Part shown: one piece after another, positions 27,241 to 36,900 of the stretch
How positions within the stretch are numbered: the stretch's first letter is position 1
How the letters are laid out: each line of letters starts with the position of its first letter
Translations under genes and position numbers: made by a program
Source: Patescibacteria group bacterium
GTDB taxonomy: Bacteria; Patescibacteriota; Minisyncoccia; Minisyncoccales; Staskawiczbacteraceae
Reading direction: 5' to 3'
Assembly (NCBI GenBank): GCA_018895235.1
Contig: JAHIOM010000010.1
Coordinates: forward strand, 2,406-66,405
DNA length: 64,000 nt
Notes under the pieces: generated by a model
The model's database searches: none
Told to the model about the DNA's origin: nothing
Seen by the model: only the letters and a program-made list of their open reading frames with translations

Positions 27241-27270
27241 TTGACAAGTCTTTTTGCCTGTTGTTAAAAT
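27241..27270 (+). promoter_or_regulatory. sigma70-type promoter (TTGACA-N18-TAAAAT)
   Basis: TTGACA at 27241-27246 and TAAAAT at 27265-27270. GGAG lies upstream of the ATG at 27312. Confidence 0.55.
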
Positions 27271-27311
27271 AAAGATAGGACCTTGACCTTTTAATATAGA
27301 GGAGAAAAGAA

Positions 27312-27827
27312 ATGTCCCAGAAAAAGAAAATAAGTATTGCAAGTATTGCGATTGTTTTGTCTATTTCAACGCTACTTTTTCTCGGTTATTTACTTGGCCG
27401 CTCTAATGGTGGAAGCAATATTAATGAGACGGTGGCGAATGTCAGTAATTTTAATCAAGACCGAAGTCGAGAAGAACACGAGATACCCGCTGATCCGACC
27501 ACGTCTGACAGTCCGTCTTTGGTAATAAAGCATTTTTATGCGGCTCTTAAGAGTTATGATTTTGAAAAAAGAGATTGTCCCCAAGCTAGAAAGTATTTAA
27601 GTTCAGACGTGCCGAGTATGAGCATATGGGAAAATTTAGCCCGATTAATAAGAAATGGGGAAATAGAGAAAATAAAGATTACAAAAGAGGAAATACAAGG
27701 CAAGAGAGCTCGGGTTTATTACACTTTGTATTTCAAAGATGGCGGCATAGTACAAACTAACGACCTTTTGAGGTTAGAAAATAATTATTGGAAATTACGT
27801 GGGATGAGTGTTTACTTTATGTTATGA
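27312..27827 (+). CDS. TM-anchored protein with an NTF2-like/DUF4878-like ectodomain
   Basis: N-terminal TM (IASIAIVLSISTLLFLGYLLG). C-terminal pattern VIKHFYAALKSYDF...ARVYYTLYFKDGG...LENNYWKL is typical of small NTF2-fold lipoprotein-like domains. Confidence 0.5.
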   Translation: MSQKKKISIASIAIVLSISTLLFLGYLLGRSNGGSNINETVANVSNFNQDRSREEHEIPADPTTSDSPSLVIKHFYAALKSYDFEKRDCPQARKYLSSDVPSMSIWENLARLIRNGEIEKIKITKEEIQGKRARVYYTLYFKDGGIVQTNDLLRLENNYWKLRGMSVYFML

Positions 27828-27944
27828 CAATATACAGTCACATCTTGCTTGGCGCAGTCAGTTTGGCTAACTGGGTAACCAGTAAAACGAGCGACTTAGC
27901 AAAAAAACCCAAACAGCCTGTTCGTATTCAAAAATTATTTCAAA

Positions 27945-27972
27945 CAAAGCCGGGCTTGCGCCTGGCTTTTTT
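27945..27972. terminator. intrinsic terminator (AAAGCCGGGC-type), usable in both directions
   Basis: CAAAGCCGGGC ttgc GCCTGGCTTTTTT. It lies between 27312..27827 (+) and the end of the minus-strand pilin-fusion operon. Confidence 0.75.
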
Positions 27973-28008
27973 AGTATTTATTTTTACTTTTCAATTGGGG
28001 ACGAAATT

Positions 28009-29259
28009 TTATTTTTGTTTTACAGGAATAATAACCGCCAAATTATAGAAATATTTTTCGTTCCTGATATACTCCCATTTTATTTGCCTTGGTCCTTCTT
28101 CATTTATATCATCTGGTGTGGGGAAAATTTGGCAGGAATTCCAAATATACTCACTCCTAGTAGTGCCGTCATAATAAATCAATATTACAATATAATCGCC
28201 ATCAATTTTTATTGAAGTAATATTCTCTCCCATCAAATTCGGACACTTTCTATTTTCTTTTTTGCATGTTTTACCGTCTATTTCCCATTTTATGCAATCT
28301 TGTTCATTTTCTGGCACATTACACTGGTTTTCATTGTCAGTATTGCCAGTAAATTTTAAATCTTCAAGCTTTAATATTAAAATACCATTTATATTCTCGA
28401 TTTTGCGCCAACCGCCTCCGGTATTATGAGATGATTTCCGATAAAAAGTTATTCCCCCACCAGAAGGATTAAAATTATAACGATAAATAGAGGCCGAGGC
28501 AGCTTCTGTTGGTATTATTCTAGGTGGTTGGCAAGAACCATAAGAAAAATATTCACACCTGCCTTGAAAATTAATAATATCATGAAGAATAGCAATATAC
28601 CACACGTTAGAAGCGGAGTTGTGAACAATTTTTATTGATTTTACCCTGTTTTTTAAATCTTCAAGATCAGCGATATTCATTGTTTGCGCCATAGGTTGAG
28701 GATCTGGGCAGCCGTTCTCTCCATAAAAATAGACACCAGCTATCGCTAGTTGTGGGGGTAGCACTGGTGGTTGATTATCAAGTTGGGTAGTAATCCTGAA
28801 AATCCTAAGGTTCGGGTTAATGGTTGTTATTATTAAATAAATTAACAATAACAGGATAAAACCCGTAATTGCCCCATAAACTCGGTCTTTAGCAGTCGCC
28901 TTTAAACTTGGGATGGCATTTGAAAGAATATAAAGAATGCCAGCAATGGCTAAAGAGAGGATGGCAATAATAAAACCAAACCAAAAACCAAAATTATACA
29001 AATATAATAAATAATTGGGCAATTTTATTCCATCCCCATTCAGAGTTTCGCCGCCTGGGAGGGTTGGATAGTCTACTTCTAGCGCTTGGGCATAACAATA
29101 ATTAGCTAAAATAAAAAAACAGCCTATCAAAAAAAATAAAAATAAGAACCTCGCCCTAGGCGAGAATCTTGAATGTTTGCCTTCGGGCAAGCCATTGTTT
29201 AAGAACCTCGCCCTAGGCGAGAATCTTGAATATTCCCCTCGTTTAGTTCGGAAAGCCAT
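28009..29259 (-). CDS. VirB2/TrbC-like pilin module fused to a ~270-aa ectodomain (paralog 1); start uncertain
   Basis: LEVDYPTLPGG..., TM, ILYILSNAIPSLKATAKDRVYGAITGFILLLLIYLIITTINPNL, then a C-terminal domain paralogous to 29315..30622. The first ~40 codons are encoded by repeat copy D. Confidence 0.7.
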   Translation of the reverse strand: MAFRTKRGEYSRFSPRARFLNNGLPEGKHSRFSPRARFLFLFFLIGCFFILANYCYAQALEVDYPTLPGGETLNGDGIKLPNYLLYLYNFGFWFGFIIAILSLAIAGILYILSNAIPSLKATAKDRVYGAITGFILLLLIYLIITTINPNLRIFRITTQLDNQPPVLPPQLAIAGVYFYGENGCPDPQPMAQTMNIADLEDLKNRVKSIKIVHNSASNVWYIAILHDIINFQGRCEYFSYGSCQPPRIIPTEAASASIYRYNFNPSGGGITFYRKSSHNTGGGWRKIENINGILILKLEDLKFTGNTDNENQCNVPENEQDCIKWEIDGKTCKKENRKCPNLMGENITSIKIDGDYIVILIYYDGTTRSEYIWNSCQIFPTPDDINEEGPRQIKWEYIRNEKYFYNLAVIIPVKQK

Positions 29260-29264
29260 TGTTT
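29144..29264 (+). repeat. hairpin cassette family, copy D (two tandem units, 57 and 64 nt)
   Basis: Occurs twice: AAGAACC TCGCC cta GGCGA GAATCTTGAAT ... CCATTGTTT. The first unit carries TTGCC ttcg GGCAA. Translated on the minus strand it gives the duplicated SRFSPRARFL. Confidence 0.85.
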
Positions 29265-29314
29265 AAGTTGTTTTTTTGTTGTGTGGTTATCTTATAAAAT
29301 TTAACTATTTTGTC

Positions 29315-30622
29315 CTATTTTAAAGCCGTAATCCATATTTTACTTAATTTTCTGTTCTGTTCAGGGTTTAAAACCCAGGAAATACTAAGGTTAGGTACAT
29401 CTTGGAAAAAAGTCTCACAGGAACCGTCATCAGTATACAAAACTACCAGATATTTTCCCTTTATTCTGATGGAATAGGGACAATCAAAAAATGTTTTACA
29501 CAATGCTTTTTCTTCAGCCGGCAAACTAATGTCTTCGTAAGAAAAAACTAATTTTTTAGGGTCGAATTCATTCATGGTTAGTATATCTGTTGGTTTGATA
29601 TTTTTATAACCAGCTTTTTTACCGACCTGCCAGCCAAAAGGTTGGCTATAAAACGTTACTCCGTCGCCAGAAGTTTCCCAGACAAAATTTAAAATAAAAA
29701 CAGTGATAGAAGAAACATCCTTAATATCTATTCGGTGGCAGATTTCTTGTTGTTTTATTTCCTTGCTAAGAGGGGAGCATTTTCCTCGGAAGTCCATATC
29801 GGAATGGAAAATAGCACTATAGGAGGTCTTATCGTCCCCCACTAATCCTCGAACAGGGATAAATTTGAACGCCTTGGCTTTTTTAATATAAGCTTCATCA
29901 ATTTGTTTCTGGCTTAATGTAATTGGCAAAGAAGGCATTTTATTGCAACCGGTATCAGTATAGAGAAAAGTTCCGGATTCCTCAAAATTAACTATAAAAG
30001 AAGCGGCATCTCTGAATTCTTTTCTGTCGTTGCACCCCAATACTTCGAAAGTGCCGTCTATCCAGTTGCCGAAATTTTTTTCGTTAAACTTTCTCACCCA
30101 CAAGGGCCTCCATGTGCCCCCCCCTATGGGTGTCTCGGGGTCCACTTCGCATTTATAAAATATTTCATTAAATTCTTCGGAAATATCCGCAGTGTCATTG
30201 ACTTGAACGGGGCAACTTGTCAATATTTCTTTACCTTCACTCTGGCCGGCAAGAAATACACCTTGTCCTTTTAAATCTGTTATTGTTACTGATATCAGGC
30301 GAGGATTTATTGTTTGAATTATCACCCAAGAAGATAACAAAAGCACTAAACCAAAAATGGAACCGAAAATTCTGCTTTTGGCGTCTCCCATTGCCTCAGG
30401 ATTACCAGCAGAAGTCAAGTACCGGATAGCGCCTATAATTAAAGATAAAACAGCAAGGGCACCGCCAAGACCTATTAAAAAGCCGAATAAATAATTTCTA
30501 TAATCAGTAAGACTTGGCTTACCTGGCAAGCCGGGTAGGGATACTTCTAAAGCCAAGCACTGGTTGGCATTTAAAATAAACCAAAGAAAGACAATTAAAA
30601 AATATGGATATTTTTTTTGCAT
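29315..30622 (-). CDS. VirB2/TrbC-like pilin module fused to a ~300-aa ectodomain (paralog 2)
   Basis: Start set at Met40 of the track ORF (MQKKYPYFLIVFLWFILNANQCLA signal). LEVSLPGLPGKPSL, TM, IRYLTSAGNPEAMGDAKSRIFGSIFGLVLLLSSWVIIQTINPRL. Confidence 0.75.
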   Translation of the reverse strand: MQKKYPYFLIVFLWFILNANQCLALEVSLPGLPGKPSLTDYRNYLFGFLIGLGGALAVLSLIIGAIRYLTSAGNPEAMGDAKSRIFGSIFGLVLLLSSWVIIQTINPRLISVTITDLKGQGVFLAGQSEGKEILTSCPVQVNDTADISEEFNEIFYKCEVDPETPIGGGTWRPLWVRKFNEKNFGNWIDGTFEVLGCNDRKEFRDAASFIVNFEESGTFLYTDTGCNKMPSLPITLSQKQIDEAYIKKAKAFKFIPVRGLVGDDKTSYSAIFHSDMDFRGKCSPLSKEIKQQEICHRIDIKDVSSITVFILNFVWETSGDGVTFYSQPFGWQVGKKAGYKNIKPTDILTMNEFDPKKLVFSYEDISLPAEEKALCKTFFDCPYSIRIKGKYLVVLYTDDGSCETFFQDVPNLSISWVLNPEQNRKLSKIWITALK

Positions 30623-30708
30623 GTTTCTATAATTAAAAACGAAAGAAAAAGAAAAGTTTATTTTTATTTTCTGTCTAAATACTGCAATTATCCAGACAGT
30701 CAGTATTG

Positions 30709-33516
30709 TTATTTTATCCTTTTTTCGCAGCATTGCCAATTATCCATCAGTTCTGTCCCAAGAATTTTCCCTACTAAGTTTCCATAACAGTAAGATTTGA
30801 ATACTTTTCCCGCCAATATGGTTTCCCAAGTTGATATCGGGTCTATATTATAATCTTTCATCATAGTACAACTAATTAACATTGTTTCTTTTTGGAAAAC
30901 AGTTGATATAGTACTGCATTCGTTCGCTTTTTTTCTGGAATAGATTAATCGTTTTAAAATTTCTGGCCTGTTTTGCTCCAGAGATTTTTTTAATTTTTCA
31001 AGCGCTTTTTGGATTTCTTCATAATACCATTTAACACCCTTATATTCCGTTCCTTCCGGGCATTTTTCATCTGCTTTTTTTCCGCGCAACAAATTAATCA
31101 TTTTTAAACAAGGATTGCCGCTACAGGGCTGCGGATTACAGCCGCAAACCAACTTTGTTCCAGTTTGATTGCCATCTTCATCATACACTGGGACTTCCTC
31201 TTGCCAAAAAATACAATCTCCATCACAGGGGTTTTCAGAGTCGCTGCATTTGCTATCACATTTGCAATAATTTTTTTCTTCGCCAATCCCTTTAATATAT
31301 TGTATTATATTCTCTGTTTTTTCAGTAAAATCTTTGATGTTTTTCATTAATTCTTCAGCCCACGCTTCTGCTTCGTCAACGGTCTGGCCGACAGGAATCT
31401 CTCTTTCTTTCGGGCAAACTTTGGTTTCTGCTAAAATTGTAGTTTTTATTTCTTTTTCTTGTAATAAAATTTCTTCCAGTTTGCGTCCGTAAGCCTCTTC
31501 CCACCAATCGGTCGAACAGTAAAAAGTTAATGGATCATCGTTATAAGAAAAATCCATACACTCTGCACCGCAAAAAAGACATTTTTCTTCAAGTTTTGTG
31601 CATTCAGCGTTTTTACAAGGACACTGAGGGCACTTTGAGAAGAAAGGACATTTTGCGCTTTCGGGATATAAAGGAGGTAGTATGTCTTTTTTAAATATAG
31701 TGGCGAAAAAAGCGCTTAGATAATCTTTATGACGAGTTGGGTTTTGGTATAGGTATAAAGAAGAATACGGTTCTGATTTTTGTACAGGTTTTTTTAAACA
31801 ATCAGGGTAGCCGGCATATTGGTCTGTGCAATAAATGCACATAGAAGATTCCACGCATCTTTTAAAATCTTCAAAAACACTATAGGTTTTTGCACAACTT
31901 CCAAGAACCTGAAAATTGACATAACAACTTTCCTGTTCAAAAAGGAATTTAGAGTCCTCAAGACAAAGATTTTCGCATTCTTCAAGAAAATCTGGACAGT
32001 TTTGATATTTTTTTTGGCACAACTCCTTACATTGATTGCCCAATGTTATTAAACAATCTTGGAAGGATTTAAATCCAAAATCATTATTTCCACATTTATA
32101 ATAATTAGTTTTGATGCAATCAATATTGTCGCCGCAACCCTTTAATCCTTGGAAAGACGTTAGGTTTATACCGGGTGAACATATTTTTTGGCAGGTGTTA
32201 AAACGAGATGTGTCGCTCCAACCAAATCCTTTACAGTATTCAGAAATATCAACACTTTTTTCCGTGGAGGGGTCTTTGAAGGGTTTTTGTATCTCTATTT
32301 TTATATTGTTTTTATCTGATTTCTCCTTTATTTTAAGGAAATCGAAATAAGACTTTGATAAGTAGCATTTTGTCAATTTAGTTTCAGCGTTTTTTAAATT
32401 ATTTAAATCAAGCTTAAATTCTTCTTTCAATTTAGACAATTTTTCTTTCAAATACATTAATTGCTCGATAAGTTTTGCTTTTTCCCATTCCTCTTTTTTT
32501 ATAACCTTTACTTTTTTGTCGTTAAGGTCGATTTCCTCCTCCATGGTGGGTAAAATTGTCGTCTTATCGGTCCTATATTCATCCAGCCCCTTATAATTCT
32601 TGCCCGGACCGTCTTCGCAATCTTTTATAGGTATGGGACCATGTTCTATTTTTTCTTTCACCTCGGGCAGACAGCATTCTTTTTCTCCTTTGCAAGAAGC
32701 CCTTACACAATCACCCTTACAAGGGATATTTGTTCCTATTAAGCCATTTAGGTTTGGACCGCAAGATTGTTTGGCTTGGCAAGTAGAACAATTTAAATCG
32801 CAATTTTCTATATTTCGGCAACTGCAATTCTCCATCAATTTTGCTATTTCTTCTGACAAATCGCTGAATATTTTTGATTTTTTTTCAAAGGCTTCAGATA
32901 ATTTTAAAATGCAATCCACCCTATCATGGCCCATTAAAGTTGGCTCCCAACCTGCTGTTGTTGCGTTACCATCAATAGGATCCCCCCTAAAATCAAAGTC
33001 ATAACAATCCATAGTTCTTGTTAAAAGGGTTTCAGTTAAGGTGCCGATTGGAATTTCATAATAAACTGCAATTGGTACTATTTTCTCCGGAGTTACTGTA
33101 GGGATGTTAATTGTCGGGATGGGGAAACCCAAAGGAGTCATTTTTAATTTGATCAAATCAGGATTGATAGTATACATTATCAACCAAGAAGACAATAAAA
33201 TAAGCAGGCCCAAAATTCCTGCCTTTATCCATTCTTTTCCTTCGCTGGTTATTTTCCCCATCCCAAAAGAAACCAGATAATGGATACCCCCGAACATTAT
33301 CACCATAACTGCCAAAGTGCCGGCCATTTGCATTACAAAATTGAAAATATAACTTACATATTGGGGCAGAGATGGATTTTGTCCCAATCCAGGGAGCTCA
33401 ACCTCAATGGCTAAAACTAAATTAGGCCCCAGTATTATGTTTAGTAGAAAGGATAAAAACAAAACAATAAGGAGCGAGAAAACAAAAAACAAATAATTCT
33501 TTTTATTGCTTTGCAT
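30709..33516 (-). CDS. VirB2/TrbC-like pilin module fused to an ~800-aa extremely Cys-rich ectodomain (paralog 3)
   Basis: Signal peptide, IEVELPGLGQNPSL, TM, IHYLVSFGMGKITSEGKEWIKAGILGLLILLSSWLIMYTINPDL. Then dense Cys clusters such as CSCRNIENCDLNCSTCQAKQSC, CPQCPCKNAEC and CKCDSKCSDSENPCDGDC. Confidence 0.75.
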   Translation of the reverse strand: MQSNKKNYLFFVFSLLIVLFLSFLLNIILGPNLVLAIEVELPGLGQNPSLPQYVSYIFNFVMQMAGTLAVMVIMFGGIHYLVSFGMGKITSEGKEWIKAGILGLLILLSSWLIMYTINPDLIKLKMTPLGFPIPTINIPTVTPEKIVPIAVYYEIPIGTLTETLLTRTMDCYDFDFRGDPIDGNATTAGWEPTLMGHDRVDCILKLSEAFEKKSKIFSDLSEEIAKLMENCSCRNIENCDLNCSTCQAKQSCGPNLNGLIGTNIPCKGDCVRASCKGEKECCLPEVKEKIEHGPIPIKDCEDGPGKNYKGLDEYRTDKTTILPTMEEEIDLNDKKVKVIKKEEWEKAKLIEQLMYLKEKLSKLKEEFKLDLNNLKNAETKLTKCYLSKSYFDFLKIKEKSDKNNIKIEIQKPFKDPSTEKSVDISEYCKGFGWSDTSRFNTCQKICSPGINLTSFQGLKGCGDNIDCIKTNYYKCGNNDFGFKSFQDCLITLGNQCKELCQKKYQNCPDFLEECENLCLEDSKFLFEQESCYVNFQVLGSCAKTYSVFEDFKRCVESSMCIYCTDQYAGYPDCLKKPVQKSEPYSSLYLYQNPTRHKDYLSAFFATIFKKDILPPLYPESAKCPFFSKCPQCPCKNAECTKLEEKCLFCGAECMDFSYNDDPLTFYCSTDWWEEAYGRKLEEILLQEKEIKTTILAETKVCPKEREIPVGQTVDEAEAWAEELMKNIKDFTEKTENIIQYIKGIGEEKNYCKCDSKCSDSENPCDGDCIFWQEEVPVYDEDGNQTGTKLVCGCNPQPCSGNPCLKMINLLRGKKADEKCPEGTEYKGVKWYYEEIQKALEKLKKSLEQNRPEILKRLIYSRKKANECSTISTVFQKETMLISCTMMKDYNIDPISTWETILAGKVFKSYCYGNLVGKILGTELMDNWQCCEKRIK

Positions 33517-33569
33517 TTATTAATTAAGATTAATTAATAAGATTATACGAAGTTCTGCGTCAATAAAAA

Positions 33570-33866
33570 TTATGACTCGGCCATTGATTTCATACTGTTT
33601 CTTATAAGCAACCAACCGCCGATAAGAGCACTTCCTATAAAATCCAATAATCCAATATCATCAAGCCCGAAAATAAGAAGCAAAAAACCCATTAAATCAA
33701 TTAAAAAAGCCATGGGTAACATTATAACGCTTTCTGGCGCAGTAAGATTGCCCTCGCTTTTTAATTGGGTAAAAACACTGATAGACCAGGCTGGTATTAA
33801 ACCACCTATCCAGGGGATTAACTCTATTATTACTGTTATTAAAAATTTCTTTATTATTTTTTTCAT
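33570..33866 (-). CDS. small polytopic membrane protein, unknown (within the T4SS-like operon)
   Basis: 98 aa with three hydrophobic segments, between VirB4 and the pilin-fusion genes. Confidence 0.5.
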   Translation of the reverse strand: MKKIIKKFLITVIIELIPWIGGLIPAWSISVFTQLKSEGNLTAPESVIMLPMAFLIDLMGFLLLIFGLDDIGLLDFIGSALIGGWLLIRNSMKSMAES

Positions 33867-33935
33867 AATATATATACTTTTGTTCGATGTTCGATCAGTC
33901 GCCTATTTGGTTTTTAGAAAAAAATAAACTATGAT

Positions 33936-36900
33936 TTATTGTCCTTCCATTCTCTTTTTCGCCGCCCTAATATTTAAAATTTCTTCTGGCGCGGTGGTGA
34001 TTATCCGATCTTCTGTAGAACTGGCGACAATTTGTATTGCCACGTGTTTTCTACCGGCAAAGAAAATTCCTTCACCGACCGCCGCTTCCAACAATATATA
34101 TTTCTCTTGTTCAGTAATATTAAAAACTTTTTGGACAACATCAATAGTGGCTGGCGATTGTTTAAGCAATAATGTCATTGAAGAATTGGTAATAATTGGC
34201 TGACCATAATCAGATTTCATAAAATCAGCCACATCTTGAGTAATAGTGGTTACCCCTAGCCAGTACTTGCGGGCGCGTTTAGCTAAGCCGAATAAGAATG
34301 AGGCTCCTTCTGTAGTTTGCATCAGCCACCAGGCCTCATCCACAACCAAAATTCTCTTCTTTAATTTTGACCTGACCACATTCCAGATATATCGCATAAC
34401 TATATAAAGGGCCATTGGCCTTAAACTTTCTTCCATATCTCTTATTCCAAATACAATCATGTTTTTATCCATTGTTATATTAGAACGTTGATTGAAAAAA
34501 TCAGCATAAGTGCCTTTAGTGAACTTTTTAATCCTTCTTACTAAAGATTCTGCTCCGGACATGCTTTCTAAAACTTCTTCAAAATCAGACATTAAAGGAA
34601 TGTTTTCCTGCCAGGTTTCAGGCTCTGACTCCGGAGTAATATCGCGGATAGCATAAGTTTCAGTTAAGGCCTGATCTATAATACTATCTTCTTCCGGGCT
34701 TAAACCGCCCAGCATAATTCTTAATAATCCGACTAAATTAATAATATTAGACCTTAAGACGTCTTCCTTGTTCTCGCCTTCAGCCGGAACCGGAAGGTCA
34801 AATGGGTTAAGTTGATGAGGGGAAGTCAGAGAAATTTTAAAGAATGATCCTCCTACTGCGTCAGCTAAAGCCTCATACTCATTTTCAGGATCAATTACGA
34901 TTACGTCTATCCCCTGCATTAAATAGCGTAAAATTTCCAGTTTAATGGCATAGGAATTATGAACAAACATTCCTGCTTGGCCAGCGAGAAAAACCTCATT
35001 GTCCACAGTAAGGTCATAAACATATTTTTCCTTTTTATTTTCAATTTTTTTAATTTCTGTAATTGGATCCCAAAATAGTTCAGAATTAGCTAAAATTTTC
35101 AACTGCTTTAATTTTTCTTCAACCTTCGGGATGTTATTTGTTAAAATACTTTGATAATTTTCCCAAATAAACTGAGCTGATTTTTGAATCATTCCATAAC
35201 AAGTATTGCTTGCAGGCCTCTCAATCAAAGCAGTTTGTAAAGAACAATTATAGTATTTTATCGGAAGTTCCATTTCTCGGAACCCTAAATGGATCGCCGA
35301 TTTTATATTTTCTAAATAAAAAGAATTTCCATTAATAACCTCAATTGCTTTTAGAACATTGTTTGATCTGGGTTCTACTTCTTGATTTTTCATTATCCGC
35401 CAACTTTGGCCTAATGTTTGCCAAAGAGCCCGATTCAATTCTTTATTATTTTTTCCCAGAGAAATTACCGTACTTAAATTTGGAAGTTCTTCCAAGGTTT
35501 TAAAGGTTGAATGTGAATTTTTGAAATGTTGAATTTTTTCTTCAATTTTAGTTATTATTTTTTGGAGATTTTGGGGAGAGGGATGACGGACTTCTCTTTT
35601 CCATTCGGAGATTTCAGGGATTCCGTGTAACTGAAATCCAAATAGCCGATATATTTCTTGAAAGATTAATTCTAACCCAGGGATAAGATCAACATTAGTA
35701 TTTCCTTCTTTTTGAATAATTTCTGAAAGTTGCTTTCTTTTTCTCTCCGAAATAAAATTGATATTTTCGGCAAATTTTCTTAAATTGTCTTGGCCGGAAA
35801 TCGAAATTTTCCAATAAATTCTTTTACGTTTCCAATTAGAATTAGTAGTTTTCTTTTTTGTTTTTGATATTCTTCCTATAACTCCAAAGTAAAATAAAAG
35901 ATAAGCAATTTCTGAAATTAGTTTTTTAGATTTAGATACAGCGCAAATTCCTCCTTTTTCAACTCCTCCGTCACCCTCAAAATAGCCTGAAATATAACTG
36001 GCGATTTTTTCTTTTTCTAAATTAAAAATAAACGGCAAAACTTTTTTTTGGCCCGACTTGTTTTTTCCGCCTAGTGCTTTTATAATTTCTATAAATATCC
36101 TTGAACTAATAATTATTCCCTTGTTTCCGTAAAAAAACGGAACCTCGCATTTTTTAAGAGAAGCATCAAGAGCCCCTAAAACTTCCATGTCTATATTGGT
36201 TATTATCACAGCCCTTTCTGTTATTGTTCCTTCAGCGCATATTAACCCCAATAGTTTCAAAAAATCAGTTGTTACTGGGAAATCAACGGGATAAGTGCAT
36301 CTTTTTTCTCCGGTTTTCGAAACAATTTTAATATCTTTTAGAATTAGGCACGTGGCTTCGATTTTTAAAAAGTCTAAAATTTTCCAGAAATAATCTATTG
36401 GAATTACCCGGTTTTCTTTATACTTATAAAGATACTTGTCTAGTTTTTTATTTAAAATAGATTTTTTTAAAATTTGATAATTCTCTTTAATCAAATTTTC
36501 TCCGCCCGTAACATAAACATTTTTTGACTTCTTAAGAATTTCTAAAAGATTAAGGAATTTTATAGGAGAACCGCTTGCAGAAACATTTCGCGGTAGGGGA
36601 ACGTATTCACCTTTTATTACTTCAGAGCTTTTTGAAACAGTTATCGTCCCATTTTTAAGAATTAGCATATTGTGGTCTCCTGTTGTTGTGATTTCTCTAC
36701 CGCTTCTTGTTTTAAATTTGTAAAAAACATCCGTTGCTTTTTTTCTAGCGGCAACGCTCACTTTTGACCACTCTCCTTTTAGCTCTTTATTAAAGGCGTA
36801 AACTTCAATATCAGGATTAATTACTCCCTCTAATTCTTCGTCGATTTTAGTTAATCCTTGTTTTTTGATTAGTTTTTCTATAACAGGGCCGATTTTTAAT

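Noticed and set aside
29315-30739. Long form of the second pilin-fusion ORF (474 aa) overlapping the upstream gene by 31 nt.
   Set aside because: The first 39 codons (MAMLRKKDKITILTVWIIAVFRQK...) precede a much better start, MQKKYPYFLIVFLWFILNANQCLA. That start aligns with the signal peptides of the two paralogs, so the start was set at 30622.
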